NCBI GenBank assembly: GCA_013239625.1
Contig: MU054187.1
Location: 4,847,757 to 4,911,756 of the forward strand
From: Lama guanicoe
Lineage: Eukaryota
DNA length: 64,000 nucleotides
Direction: 5' to 3'
Shown: one piece after another, positions 1 through 13,552 of the stretch
Layout: every line of letters begins with the position of its first letter
Position numbering within the stretch: the first letter of the stretch is position 1
Made by a program: the position numbers and the translations under genes
Notes under the pieces: generated by a model
Told to the model about the DNA's origin: nothing
Databases searched by the model: none
The model's input: only the letters and a program-made list of their open reading frames with translations

Positions 1-1262
1 ATATTTGTAAATCATACATCTGATAAATGATTAATATCCAAAATATATTTTACAAACTCATACAACTGAATAGAAAAAGCAAATAATCCACTTTTCAAGT
101 GGGTAAAGGACCTAAGTAGACATATTTCCAAAGAAGATATGCAAGATCCATGAAAAGGTGCTCAACAGCACGAATCATCAGAGAAATGCAGATCAAAACC
201 TCAAGGAGATACCACCTTACACTTGCTAGGATGGCTACTGCCAAGAAGACAAGAGATCACAAATGTTGGTGAGGATGTGGAGAAACGGGAAGGCTTTTAC
301 ACTGCTCACAGAGATAGAAACTGGTACAGCCGTTACGGAAAATGGTGTGGCGGCTCCTCGAAACATTAAACATAGAGTTACCAGGTGATCCAGCAATCCC
401 AGAGCTGGGTACATTCCCAAAAGAACTGAAGGAAGGATTTTGAAGAGATATTTTATACCCATATTCCTTGCAAAATTATTCATAATAGCCAACATATTTT
501 CAGTTCAGTGGATGAATGGATAAAGAAAATGTGATGTCTGCACCTAGGTATGCATACTTATAGTCATTTTTCCACAGTCCTCACCAATACTTGTGATCTG
601 GTCTTTTTAACAGCCATGAGGTGATAGCTCCTTGTGGTTTTGATTTGCATTTCTTTGAAGGTTAGTGATGTTAGGCAGCTTTTCACTTGGCCATTTATAT
701 GTTTTGTTTTGGAAAATGTCACAAAAGCGCGCACACACACACACAATGGAATATTATACAGCCTTTAAAAAGAAGCTATTTCCACCTGCAACAACATGGA
801 TGGACCTTGAAGGCATTATGCTAAGTGGAATAAGACAGACAAAAAAAGAAGAAGAAGACAAAAACTGTATGGTATCATAAATATGTGAAATCTTTTTTTT
901 TTAAAGCCAGTTTTATAGAAACAGAGAACAGAATGCTGGTTTCCAGAGGCTTGGGGGAAGTGCGGAGATGTAGATCGAAGGGTACAAACTTTCATTGTAA
1001 CAATAACTTCTGAGGATCTAATGTACAGCGTGGTGACTACCATGAATATTACAACATTGTATACTTGAAAGTTGCTGAGAGCAGATCTTAAGGCTTCTTA
1101 CCACACACAGACACACACATACACACACAGAGTTACCCATGTGAGGTGATGGATGTGCTAATAATCTTGATCTTGGTAACCACTTCACAGTATATATCAA
1201 ATCATCACATTGTACACTTAAAAGTAGACATATATATTTGTCAATTATTCCTCAATGAAGTT
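1..1262 (+). mobile_element. Old L1 (L1MA-like): ORF2 end plus 3'UTR, interrupted by an inverted L1 piece
   Basis: Typical L1 motifs gaaatgcagatcaaaacc, tgttggtgaggatgtggagaaa, atggatggaccttgaaggcattatgctaagtg, tgtcaattattcctcaat. Confidence 0.85.
563..720 (-). mobile_element. Inverted L1 ORF2-end fragment nested in the plus-strand L1
   Basis: gtggttttgatttgcatttct is the reverse complement of the L1 motif; minus-strand peptide EMQIKTTRSYHL resembles the ORF2 C-terminus. Confidence 0.8.
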
Positions 1263-1809
1263 GGGACACCCTCCAAAAAAACCCCAAATTGGCTCCAGTT
1301 AGCTCCTTAATCAGAAATAGCTGCCACCCCTGGGGAGGAGTAAATAACACAAAGAGTGCCAGTGTGATCTGAACATATCAAAGCACATGTTCATTTACCT
1401 GCTTCTCAAATATTACTTACTGAACGCCTGTGTCACAGATTCTCAGAAGAAAAGACATAGCTCCCGCAGATAAGGAATTAGCCTCAGGAGGGGCTGGATG
1501 TTACAATAAGAGCCCGGGATGGGAGATGTGTGTTAAATGTAAGGGGACATGACAGGCGCCTGCAGAAGACAGGAAGGACTTTGCAGAGACGCAGCGTTTG
1601 GGCAAGACGTGAAAGAAAAATAGAACGTTGTCAGTGGACATGACGAGAGAGAACAAGTCTCCCACGTCCGGGGAACCTCAATTACTTCGGCATCGCTAGA
1701 GGTCAGACAGTAGTTGGGCAGGGGCCTGGGGTGAAATGAGGCTGGTTAGGAATGTAGGGGCCAGATCATGAAAGACCTTGTAAGAGATACAAAGGAATAT
1801 ACACTTTTA

Positions 1810-2469
1810 AAACCTTTTTTGTTGTTGTTGTTATGGTAAAATACACATAGCAAAAGATTTAACATCTGGACCACATTTAAGTATATGGTCCAGGGGTATT
1901 AAATGCATTCATAATGTTGTGCGTCCATCACTACCACCCATTTCCAGAACACTTTTCATCTTGCAAAACTGAAACTCTGGATCCACTAGACAGTAACTCC
2001 CCATTTGTCCTTCCTCCAACCACTGGCAACCGCCATTCTGCCTCTCAGAATGCTGATTTAGGCTACTCTGAACACTTCACGTCAGTGGAATCATGAATTA
2101 TTTTTCCCTTTTGTGACTTCCCTTTTAGCATCGTGTCCTCAAGGTCCATCCATGCTGTAGCGTGTGTTGCAGTCTCCTTCGTGTTTAAGGCTGAGTGATA
2201 CTCCATTCTGTGAATGTGCCACGTGTGCTGAGCCATTCACCTGCTGAGGAGCACTTGCTTCCATATCTCGGCTATTATGAATAATGCTGCTATGAACATG
2301 GGTGTAAAAATATCTCTTCAAGACCCATCTTTTAATTCTTTGGGGTGTATACCCAGGTGTGGAATTGCTGGATCATACAGAATTCTATTTTAAATTCTTT
2401 GAGGAACGTCTATACTGTTCTCCACAGTGGCTGCACCAATTTATATTCCCAGCAACACTGCACAAGGGT
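1810..2469 (-). mobile_element. 5'-truncated L1 3' end (L1MB-like) inserted into an L2 remnant
   Basis: T-rich tail on the left; ggaattgctggatcata and gctgctatgaacatggg motifs; degenerate TSD aaggaatatacactttta (1792-1809) / aaggagtatccatttta (2470-2486). Confidence 0.85.
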
Positions 2470-2679
2470 AAGGAGTATCCATTTTAGTCCCGTCTGTGAA
2501 GAGGACAAACCAAAAACTGAGTAGAATAATGATCATATTTATACGTTGCCAAGGACTGACAGGGGCAGGGTGAAGGGTGAATTAGAGGAATGTTGCGGAT
2601 GTCAGAGTGAGGGGAGGGGCACTGGGGAGAGGAGAGAATGACTCATTGCCTAATGCCTTAACTGTGGCGTGATTGCTCT

Positions 2680-2882
2680 GCGGTAAACTACACATATTCC
2701 AGATGTCCCAGTTGGTGAACTTTGATCACTGTGCACGCCCACGAAACCACCACCACAGTCAAGAGAGCTAACATTTCCGTCACTCCCCAAGAGGTGCAAA
2801 TTTCGAATTCCCAATTTATCCCTTCCCCACTCCTGCCGTTTACCCTCTGGTAGTCATAAGTTTGTTCTCTGTGAGTCTGTTA
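2680..2882 (-). mobile_element. Two abutting L1 3' fragments (old L1ME-like plus younger cetartiodactyl-type)
   Basis: aaccaccaccacagtcaagagagctaacatttcc, then tcccaatttatccct...cataagtttgttctctgtgagtctgtt, also seen in the copies at 33.5 and 36.7 kb. Confidence 0.65.
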
Positions 2883-5800
2883 GAACAGCGCGTACTGGAG
2901 AGCTACTCGGACTGCAGTTTCCAGGACTGGATACCCTAATCCGTCAGTAAGAGAGCGGGGGAGGGTCCTAGGGTGACGCCAAGGGTTCCGACTCCGGCAA
3001 GTGGTTCAGCGGTGTGTTGATGCCATCGCCAAAAAGAGGCAAGACAGGGTGGGCAGTAGCCTTACAAGGGGGGTGAGTTCAGACTTACGGACGTCGGGTG
3101 TGAAGGTCCAGTGGGATATCCGGGAAGGAACACCCGGCACACGGTTAGACGTCCCGATGGCGCGCCCCGGTCGCCGTGCGCCTCGGTCGCAGCGAGCGAG
3201 CAGCCTCGGGGGAAAGCCCCCGCATCACTGTGCTCCTTCCCCTGGCGAACTGTCCGCTGTTTCAGGCATTTCCTGAGAACAGTAACAGAGCCTCCCTGTA
3301 ACAGGCAGTTCTTAGCGGGGTTATTAAACCAGACTAGACGGCCGCCTCTCCACTCTGTTTAACTGTGTAGTTACTCGACGCTGAAGAGAAATTCCCTGAC
3401 CCTCTTTCACATCGACTAAGCCTAGCATAATGACGGGAGAATAAAAGACAGCTGGCTTATCCAATTTGTATGTTGAATTTTATCTAAACTACACATTCAC
3501 AGTGGTAAGATGAAATAGAAGATGAAATTATGTATGTGTATATATATATAAAAATTTTTTTTAAGAAGGTATAATACTTTGGGGCACCAGTCTTCAGGCT
3601 TAACTCATTCTTTCCTTGAAAGCCTATCCAGCGACACAGGACGGGCCATGGAGTTCAGCCGCACCGCGTGAGTTTAGGGCGTGCCTCCACTCTCCCTCCG
3701 TGCTGGGTCTAGATGCCGTGTGACTGCCTGCCTGTCCTGTGGAGGCAAGATGCTATTGGATTTCGCTCCTCTGAAGATACGCTTCTTCTGATTCACACAT
3801 TCCAAGGTTCACTTTTTTCTATGGCTTCTGGAGCAATGGCGGAGCGTCGCTTTCAACTCTGATGGCTTCTCTGTGTGAGTGTAACGTAACCAAGAGGATA
3901 AGCCAGACCTCACCCTGTGCCCACAGTTGGCTTAACTTATCATGGACAACAAAACTAAATAGCAGTGGGAGAAGAATTTATGACGTTGTTGCCTAAAAAT
4001 TCCTTCTGGGCCAAGGAAAGAGGAGCTGCTGACATCTTACCTTTTATTTCTCGTTCGTCCTTGGCCTTCTCCAGCTGACCGTGGCGTGCTCTGCTGGCCC
4101 AGCTTGCCTAGGGACATTGTGAGTAGCAGTAAGGATTTGTTCTGGGGTGAGTTCCCTCATTCTTCTGCCACTTACCCAGGGGTGGAGGTAAATACACGTG
4201 GCAAATTTTAACAAGACCTTAACACAGTCCCCTCTTTCAGTCCTGGGGAGTAATAGAAAAACAGGGAGCAGTGATTCATTCAGCCCTAAGGCATCTTTCT
4301 AAGTCAATTCCGTTAGCAGGGAACTAGTTCCATTGCTTCAATCCGAAAAAATTCTCTAGGAAATTTATTTCATTGATTTTACTGCTGAAAGTTGGGAAGC
4401 TGGAGCAGAAGAGAGATGAATCACCCAGAACCTTGGAGTCGACAAGCTACAGCTCCGTAACATTCTTGGCTCTCTAGTGTGATCTGCGGGATGAGAACGT
4501 GCGTGTCTCAGAACATGGCTTCTGAGGTCAGCTATTTTCAGGGTAATGGTAGCACAGTTGTTTATACACATAATTCATAATTCATCCAATTCCAATTATC
4601 GAAATAACTGGGGCACAATATGGTTAGTCCAGATAATTTTAGCATTCATATCAAATTGACCCTTAACTAGTGATTTTAGGACTCTGTGAGCAGCTTCTAT
4701 GCCAACCAAGAAAAACACAGCCAAACTGGGGTAGACGTGATTGAGCCTTATAGCACCATGGTGAAGAGCTGCTTAAAATGCCCACATGCAGAAAGGCCCA
4801 GACGCTGGCGGCTGTCCACACGAGCCCTGTTCGAGTGCAGAGAATGACACAGTTTCCTTCAAAATCATGAGGGCTGCTAGCTCGCTCTTAATTATGATAA
4901 ACCCCAACTCAAGTCGTATTCACTTCAGCAGTCTTTGTTTTTCCGTCAATTAAGTCAGGCTTTTTAACATCTAAATTTTCCACCAATGCCCTCTAGTGAG
5001 TTTCATTTTTATTCTGCTTTTGGAAATTCAGATAGAAAAAGCATTTGCATTATTATTAATATCCTTTTCAAAAAGTGTCTTTCGGTTCATTTTGAATGGC
5101 CATACATTTTCCCCCCTCAAGTTTGGGTGGAATCTTTCTGCATCTGGATTGTCACAGAGACCAAATAAAACCAGGCTGTGATCCGCTGCCACAGCTGTTC
5201 ACAACACCGTCACCGCCGTCACCATCATTAAACTCTTCACCATGCACAACCCACTAGTAAGTGATTTCTGAGTGAAGTGGACTTATTTTCAACACATACA
5301 AGCATACTCAAAACCTAACTTTTGTTTGTTATTTAAAAACCCGATATACTAGCAGAATGATTTTATATTAAAGTTCTTCTTTTCTGTAAAATTATCCACA
5401 GCTGCTCTTACCAGTGGGGCATGCAGGGGAACACTGCAGCCTTCCCATGGGTAGTGTTTGGCTGTATTTTGATTGTGGTATTGTTATAATTTTTGGGAGG
5501 AGGGAGAGTATATGAAATTCTGTTTTCAGGTGATATTCGTTGTTCAGGGTTTTCTATTTCTATTTCTACATGTTTCATATGGAGCAACACACAGTGGAAA
5601 CCAGTTCCCTGATCCTGTCTCCACACTGATACCGGCTCACCCAAGATAAAGGGCGGCTTTTTCTGTCTCTCGGGGCTGACGTGGACCATGAGTAATGAAC
5701 CACCCGGTGGTTCTAGAAGGATACGTGCTTCTTCCTAGTCCTGCTGGACGACACGGCTTCTCCCCGTGTGGAGAGGTGCAGCAGGGTCAAATGGAAAGGT

Positions 5801-8399
5801 CTAAGCAGTGGCATGGAAACTTCTCAGCACTGTCTTCTCTTGGCTCCTCTAAGTTCAGCATCGCTCAGAAATGCGGCTTCTGTCAGCATTCTGACAACCA
5901 AGAACACATTTGAATCCAAACCTCTGATATTTCCATATTCCACTTGGCAGATTCTCCTCTGCCCGCCTCCACATAAGCAAACCACCCTCCATGAGCACAC
6001 CAGCCCTGCCGCGGAGCTAAGGGGAGCCTGTCTCTTCCAGCGTCGTTATAATAACATTGTTTTAATCAACGCACAACCTGTAGCGCAAAACCCCACAGAT
6101 GCGGAGGGGAACAGGCCCTGTTTCTTAATGAGGTCGCGTCATAGGACTTCCTGCTCACGGTCAGAGATTGCCAGGGTGCTGTGTATTTGTGCTGCCCTGA
6201 CCTGGGCCTGCACAGGTGAGCCGGGCTTTGGAACCCTTGAACATGAGTTCTCACCTGCAAAGCAGCCTGGCCTGGAGGTGAGCGCAGCTCTGTGGAGAAC
6301 TATCTGGAAGCAGAACAGAACATCCACCCTCAGTGGGTACATTTTCTAATTTATAAATTGCCTTTTGGCTGGAATGCTGCCATTCTCAAGCAACAGTGGC
6401 TTCACTGGAGTTGACTGGCCTTGCTGCACCTCCGCGGAGAGGCACCGGGGTCAGAGGGCTGCTGTGTTCTGGAGCCAGAGCTCAGAGCGGCCTCTGCTGG
6501 GGCTGAAGGTCAAAGGGCAGCGGGCAGGGGGAGGGGCGGCCCCATGCTTTTTTAAGTCACTGATTTTTTTCTTTCCATGACAAACCAGGCCAACTTAGTA
6601 AAGCTATTTGAGCCCATCAGCAGTGGTTTCCAGAAAGTATTGTTACCACAGATGTTCCTGCAAGATAATCAGAAGAACACAGCTAATTTGGGGATGCGGA
6701 GCACTTATTTCTGTGGCTGATTCTATCATTTGAAGCTTTCAAAGCTGAAGCCTTTCATGATTAAGCACATATTATTCTCCTGGAAGATATTTCTTTTTTG
6801 GCAGATAAGATAATGGAACAGATCCACTGTTTGTCAAGACGAGTTACTATGTCATTAAAAAGCCTTTAACACAATGTTTTTCTCTTTTCCATGCTGGTTG
6901 AAAAGATTTGAATGCAAAAGCACAGATATAACAATAACAGTACAAAACCTAAATTGTCCATGGAAAAGCTTAAACCAACTTAAAATTTTCCATTTGCCAA
7001 ATGCTCTTCAGGCAATTTAAATGTAATGCAAAACAGGCACTCGGTAGCCACACATGTGTGTTGCCTCAAAATGTTCTTTGTCTTGGTTGCATACATCCAA
7101 TTTCTTTCCAAAAATTGTCTCCATTACAGCAGGAGAAGAAAAAAAGACCCAAATTCAATTATGAAATTGATATGATTAAAATCTTTTTTTGGCTTATTAA
7201 TCCTGGAAAAGTATTACCTTTTAGCGCCAAAAAAAAAAAAATCCTTAGTTATACAGTTCTTTAAAACTTAAGAACAATGCCAGAGGGCTTTGGCAGTGTA
7301 ACATGAGTTTATTCAGTATCTAGGGTTCTGAATTCAAGGAGATGACCTGAAACACCACTAACCCTGGGAACAGATACAGAGGGCTTCTATTTTTGCTCAT
7401 GAGCACAGCACAGCAGGGGTCATCATAACATTTTGTGTCCACCAGAGGACAAAATGCACCTTCAGAAGACATTCAGTACTGCTAGGTGTCACCCAGGATG
7501 TCTGTTCCCTCAAACACTGATATCTTTTGATAAATTTACAGTTTAGAAGATTCCTGAATAGGGAAAGTTATGAAAAATTTCTGCAGATCTTTTAGAGATT
7601 AGTAAAGTTTCCTGATTGGCATAGACCAACATATGCTTCTCTAAGATCCTTCTCCGCCGTTCCCAGTCTGGGCCCGCACAGGCACCCCGCTCTACAGAAC
7701 TCTTTACCCTGCGTTCTCCCTAAGAAAGTAGACTGGTTGGTGTGTAGGGTGCCCCCCCCCGCCCCGAGAATGGTCTAGAATGGGAGCTTGCTCTCTGGGG
7801 AGTGTTCTCTCCTGAAGCTTCTTGGAAACTCAGGAGAGTTAAAAGACCCCGAAGCATCTGAGCCACCCCCTTCTTGGGGCGGGTGGTGATTGGGATCTAG
7901 ACTTCCATTCGGTCCGGCTGCTCAGGACGTGGGTGTGTGTAACTTCTCCAAGCCTCAGATGCGCACAAGCGGTGGGGATTAGCGGTATCCACCACGCAGG
8001 GCTGCGGGAAGTCAATGAGCCCTTACGTGTAAATGCTCAGCGCCAGGCCTGCGCCCGTGCACAAGGGCGGATACCAGCAGCAGTGGTGGTGGGAGGAGTG
8101 TCCGCTCTGAGATACGGATGGGGATGCAGGACTTCTGGGGAGTCTGGTGTTGGAAAATGTTTAGCAACATCCTCCTGAAATGTAAGGGTACCTTGGTTCT
8201 TCTCTCTCAACTCCCATGCAAGTAACACTATGATCAGATTGATTTGTCAAGGCCAATGCTGAACGAAAGTCATCAGCTTCACCCTACAGCCCTCTGGCGG
8301 CCTCCCATCGCCACCGCAGAGCCCCTTAACAATTCCCGGGGAATGAAAATAGAATCTGGGTAATAGAATAAAATCTAACCTTTTCTTTTTTCCTCCGTG

Positions 8400-8773
8400 C
8401 TTACTCTAGTTTCACTTGCTCACAAGGTGCTGCATGGAGAGGCCTTGCCCCGGTCCTACAGACCAGAGTTCCTGGTGGGACATGGTGGGGCGACACCTCC
8501 ATCCAAGGTGGCGGTAGTGGGCTGATGCAGGGGGGCTGCGCGGGGCAGGGGAGCTGGAGTGCCAGCGGCACAGCCTGGTGGGGAGAGCGGGGTGCTCTAG
8601 AGCTGAGCTGGCACCTCTGCATTCTCTGATCAAAGAATAAACCTTCCCTTTGCTTCTGAACCCAGCTCAGTCTGGGTCTCCTATTGGCGTGAGGGCACCG
8701 GGCAGGAGGACACTTGTTGGGGCGAACTTGGGAGGGTCGGTAACCCTGCCTCCCATTCTGAGCCCATCTCACA
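8400..8773 (+). mobile_element. Probable ancient ERVL-class solo LTR (LTR33/LTR41-like); left boundary uncertain
   Basis: aataaaccttccctttgc R/U5-type motif near 8636 and terminal tcaca. Confidence 0.4.
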
Positions 8774-9325
8774 CTGGGTGTTGGGAAGTTAACAGACGAA
8801 GCAGTAGGTTTGCAATCCATCCTCCTCCTACGGGACTGCCTTGCAATCTTCGTGTAAATGTGCTAAAGGCACACTTGATGAACAAGCTGAATGTTCTTTA
8901 GGATGTATCGTCTGTGTGGGACTGCCTGTGGTACACGAATCTGGAATCTGAGGATGTATGGGGCGTGGCACCCCGGAACTCTGGAATCCCTCACGGAAGC
9001 TGTGGAACTCTCTGAGCACAAGATGGAAAAACTTCATGCCTGAGACGTCCCTCCTCCGTCTTACGGATGCAAACCACTTTCGTAGGGATGTCAGATGTTA
9101 ATGCGGCCAGAGGATGCCTACTATGGCAGGAAAGACCCCAGCGAGCCCTGTGAGGGTGGCAGACCTCTCTCTGCTTTGCCTGTAACTCACAGTGACCTAC
9201 ATCCTTGAAATTATTACTAAAGCTTGATGCTGGGTGGGATCGTTGACTCAAGGGGCACCTGCCCTGACACTATGATGGTTTGTGCTGTCATGTAGCAAGA
9301 TGAGATTTGTGGACAAATCTATCCT

Positions 9326-9456
9326 TATTTTGTAAATTGAGGTATAGTTGATTTACAACGTTGTGTTAGTTTCAGGTGGACAGCAAAGTGATTCGGTTAT
9401 CCACATCTATCTATTCATTTTCAGATTCTTTTCCATTATAGGTTATTCCGGCACAT
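9326..9456 (-). mobile_element. Short cetartiodactyl-type L1 3' end
   Basis: attgaggtatagttgatttacaa...cagcaaagtgattc, shared with copies at 33.3, 36.5 and 62.5 kb. Confidence 0.8.
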
Positions 9457-10424
9457 GGATGCTTATATCACTGTGAACACCACAAAGGCAGTACAGTGCT
9501 TGGTATGTAAAGATGTTCCTCCTAATATTTGTTGAATAAATGAAAAAGGAATGAAGGGGGACTATGCTTCCTAGAGTCACATGGAACTCACCTAAAAACG
9601 TTAAAAGAAATAAAACACCAAAGAGTGACCTTTGATAGTGGCTTTCCAGGCATTGTGACCAGCTGAGAGGGAGACAGGAGGGATGGGAGGTTTCTGGGAC
9701 GCTCAGCCCTAGAGCCCTGTCTGTTAGCGAGTGGGTCTTGCATGGATTTTCTGGAGGGCTGGGGGTAGAGGGAAGGGAGGCTGAACTTTTTTTTTTAGTT
9801 GATATAGCAAAATGGGAATTTCTGGATTAAAGTTAAGGAACAATTTGCCTGATAATACTTTACACCGAGCCAGTCGAATATTTGCTGATGGGCCTGACTG
9901 CAGATGACCTGTAGAAGGACATTATGTGGAAGAAAACAGCTTATTACCACGATAGAGAGAGATCTCTTGGAAGAAATTTTAGGACTTAAGAATGCATGAA
10001 TCAGCCAAGACCTACTGAACATATTTTGGAATTACAGATTCCTGGCAGTGTATAATAAAACAAACCTTTCCACCAGGATTCCTTCTTAGCTTAGAATGGA
10101 TTCGCCATTCAATGCAGATGAAGGTTGGCATCAATGAATGGGACATTGTTGGTTACTGGAATCGATTCGGGGGAAAATAAAACGGTCACTTTTGTCCTCT
10201 TCTGAAGCCCTGTGTACTTTCTACCTGACAGATTAGAGCATGCATGGTACTTTCAAGTGTTCAGGCTGCGAGAGGTCCGCCACAGACCTCACTGAGGACT
10301 GATCAAAGGTTTACAAGGTTATATTTGGCACTGAAAGGAAACCAAAGCTAAACTGATAAAGTTCTTTATAAATTAGACTTAAGCAAAGCAATCGAAAACC
10401 CCAAAAGAAGAAAAGTCTGTCACT

Positions 10425-10535
10425 GTAAGTCATGTTCACGTCCGGCTTGTTCACCTCTGTGTTGTAGCTCTGTTGTCTGGCACAGTCCCAGGTACATGGC
10501 TAAGACTCAGTAAATGTTTGTTAAATTAAATGTAT
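10425..10535 (+). mobile_element. L2 3' end
   Basis: cttgttcacc...tggcacagt...ctcagtaaatgtttgtt L2 tail pattern. Confidence 0.65.
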
Positions 10536-11394
10536 GGAATCATGAGCCTACTTACCTCTCCTCTGTTGTCTCAAACTTCAGAATGTTAATGCGAGCCTCA
10601 CAAACTTGCTACATCCAGCCTCTCCCGTTCTTGAGCCCTATTAGGTGAGAGCAGAAATGAGAAGGCACATTTGTTTGCCACCAGTTGTGAAAATTTCCAC
10701 AAGCGCACACAGGATTGTGGGCTGTGCTGTGGGAGCGACAAGCTAGCTAACTCCAGAGTAAGATATTTAAGGAAAGCAATCCTGTAATTATGTGAGCAAA
10801 GATTTGTAAACAGAGAAGAGCTGCAGCCTGCCAGAGTATTTTTAAGAAGAGACATATTGTTGATTTGTTCCACATTTAACAACTAATATAAACAAGAAAA
10901 TTCCTGCCTTTTGTCATGTGTCAGACATTCTGTCCTCTAGAATAACAGCGACTTCTTTGGAAAATACATCTGGTTTCTGAGCCCAGCCCTGTCCATCAAT
11001 AAAACAGATGGTTTTGGAAGACAGGCCAGAAGGCGGGACCATGGATTCAGCTCAGGCATTTTTCCAAGTGGAATTTCCTTCTTGGTAACTGGAAGCTTGA
11101 GATCTTCCTTGAATATCGAAACTCCATTTCATGAGTTTATAATGTGATGTAGATATTAAAATTTAGAAATGGGGATGACGGTAAAAACACAGGATTCATC
11201 GTCCACATTTAAATCCTTAAATTTACAATTCAGGTCACTTAATCCATAATGAGAGCCATAGGCTAGAATACAAGAAAAAGTGTCATAAAACTACACTCTG
11301 ACTTCCATCTTTAGGTAAATGGCTGCAATGTCCTCACCTGCAAAGACAAATGTAGGCAGATGACTCCCAAGCGCCCTGTTACTCAAAATTCTAT

Positions 11395-11690
11395 GACTCA
11401 TACACACTCTGGTGGAATTCTGAGCTGGTACAACCCTTCTGAAAGACTATGTATCAAAGCCTTAAAAATGAGAATACATTTTGACTCTACAATCGCACTT
11501 TCATAAATATACTTTAAGGAAATAAATGGACATATATGCAAATGTATATGTGAAAGGCTGTTTATCGCTGAGTAGTTCATAAAAAAAATTGTGGAAGGAA
11601 CAATAGTATTCACCCAGAGATAATACATAAATGTATTAAGGTATATCCATCAGCTTGAAAAAAAGAAAGATTTTCTGTCATTCTCAGCAA
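11395..11690 (+). mobile_element. Ancient L1ME-type fragment
   Basis: ctcatacacactctggtgg...ggtacaacccttctgaaag...tttgactctacaatcgcactt. Confidence 0.55.
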
Positions 11691-13053
11691 CATTTCCCTC
11701 TTACTAAACGGTGTGACTGGGGGAATAAACATCAAACTACCACGGGCAATGGCATTGGGAATGGCATTCACGGTGAGCAGCCTGTGGCTAAAGCTTCGGC
11801 TCTGGGCTTTCAGGAGTTCTCCACGCCTGGGACGCTCGCAGAGGAGCCTTCGGGGTAGGACCCACTCCTGTTGTTCCACTGGGGAGTCTGCGTTGAGGCA
11901 GGAGTACTGGGAAGGACCATGGCCTCTCACCATTCATGCTGGGGGTGGTCTGGGTGAGAGTGGAGACTCAGGTAGACATAGCAAGTTGTCTGAAACACTC
12001 AGCGTTAAGTCCCAGCTGTCAACAGCCAACCAAAGGATCTGGCTGTGACCTCTTAGGGGGGCAGAGTGAAGACAGCAATGGGCAATGCAGTCAGGTGTTC
12101 ACCAAAGACTAGACAGGTCTGCCGACTGGTAGCAGGGATCAAGGATGGGTGGGATTCAGGAACAAGGAAGAGGCTACCAGGATTGGGAGGGGAGGGAGCT
12201 CAGATAAAGATGGGTCACTGTATTATTTTCTGAGATTGGAGCACACGGGATGGAAGCTGATTTCAGAAACCAAGCATAAAATCCACCTTCTCAGAACAGG
12301 AGAGGGGGTGGGTGAGCGACAAATCAGGCTTTACTCAGAAAACTCCTTAGCTGGGGCCTCAGCCCTACTCAGTTTAATGGAGAGGGCATCTCCAAGCGGG
12401 GTCCCAGCTAAGAAGGTCTCACAGATGCGGAGACTGGCGGACCAGGGGTGGGGCGATGAGAAGGCACTGATGCCGTGATCCTGCAGTGGGGTTTCTGTGA
12501 TCTTGGCCTGTTGCTCTAGGCTTGCTAAATTCATACCAGGCAGCCTGGGCAGAAACCAATCTGAGGACACAAATGGAGAAAAGCCAAAACTGGTGAGATG
12601 ATGAACTTGATAGCCCGTTTAAAATACCAGCATGTTTTTCAGTCCAGCAAGGTTTCTCATTTTACAGTTGTTCTTGGACCATCACATAGCAGCAGCATGT
12701 CTTTATAGGAACCTGCTGAATGGAATTCCTTCGGCAGTCCATTGACTTGCGTAACTCAACAGGCATCTGTAGAATACCCACCATGTGCCAGGGACCGGAC
12801 CAGACCATACCCCAGAGAAAGAGATGAGTCTCCAGTAGCCCTTGCCCACGAAGTGCCCTCTCTGCTCCAGAAATGACTGGGTGATTGGAAGCTCCGGGAG
12901 GGCAGGGAACATCTTTTCCTCTGGACCCCCCCCCATGGTCAATGCAGAAGCATCTATTCATCTCGCACTTCGCCTCACCCACCACCTCCCATGTTCATTG
13001 ATACCTAGGGGACTTACGCATGTGGCCCAGCACGGTAATAAACACTAGCAATT

Positions 13054-13552
13054 CTACTCAGCCACAAAACAGAATAAAACAATGCGATTTGCTGCAACAC
13101 GGATGGACCTGGAGATCGTCATTCTGAGCGAAGGAAGCCAGAGAGAGAAAGAAACCTACTGTATATCACTCATATGTGGAGTCTGAAAAAAGAAGACCCC
13201 AACGAACTTACTTACAAAACAGAACCAGACTCACAGACAGAGAAAACAAACTCGAGGTTACCAGAGGGCGCAAAGGGTGGGAAGGGATACGCTGGGAGTT
13301 CGAGATTTGCAGATAGTGACTGGTAAATATAAAATAGAGCAACAAGTTTCTACTGTAGAGCACAGGGAATTCTATTCACTATCTTGCAGCAGCCTGTAAT
13401 GAGAACGGGTGTGAAAGCGAATACGTGTATGCCCACATATGACTGAAATATTATGCTGCGCACCAGAAACTGACACATTGTAAACTGACTCTACTTCAAT
13501 TAAAAATTAAAGAGAAAAGAAAACCACTCCAAAAAGAATAATAAAAAATAAG
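13054..13552 (+). mobile_element. 5'-truncated cetartiodactyl/camelid L1 3' end with A-rich tail and TSD
   Basis: tttgctgcaacacggatggacctggagat motif; tail 13500-13550; TSD taaacactagcaatt (13039-13053) / taaatactaacaatt (13553-13567). Confidence 0.9.

Noticed and set aside
5768..6349. 193-aa ORF
   Set aside because: Non-ATG start, no recognisable family, no exon structure.
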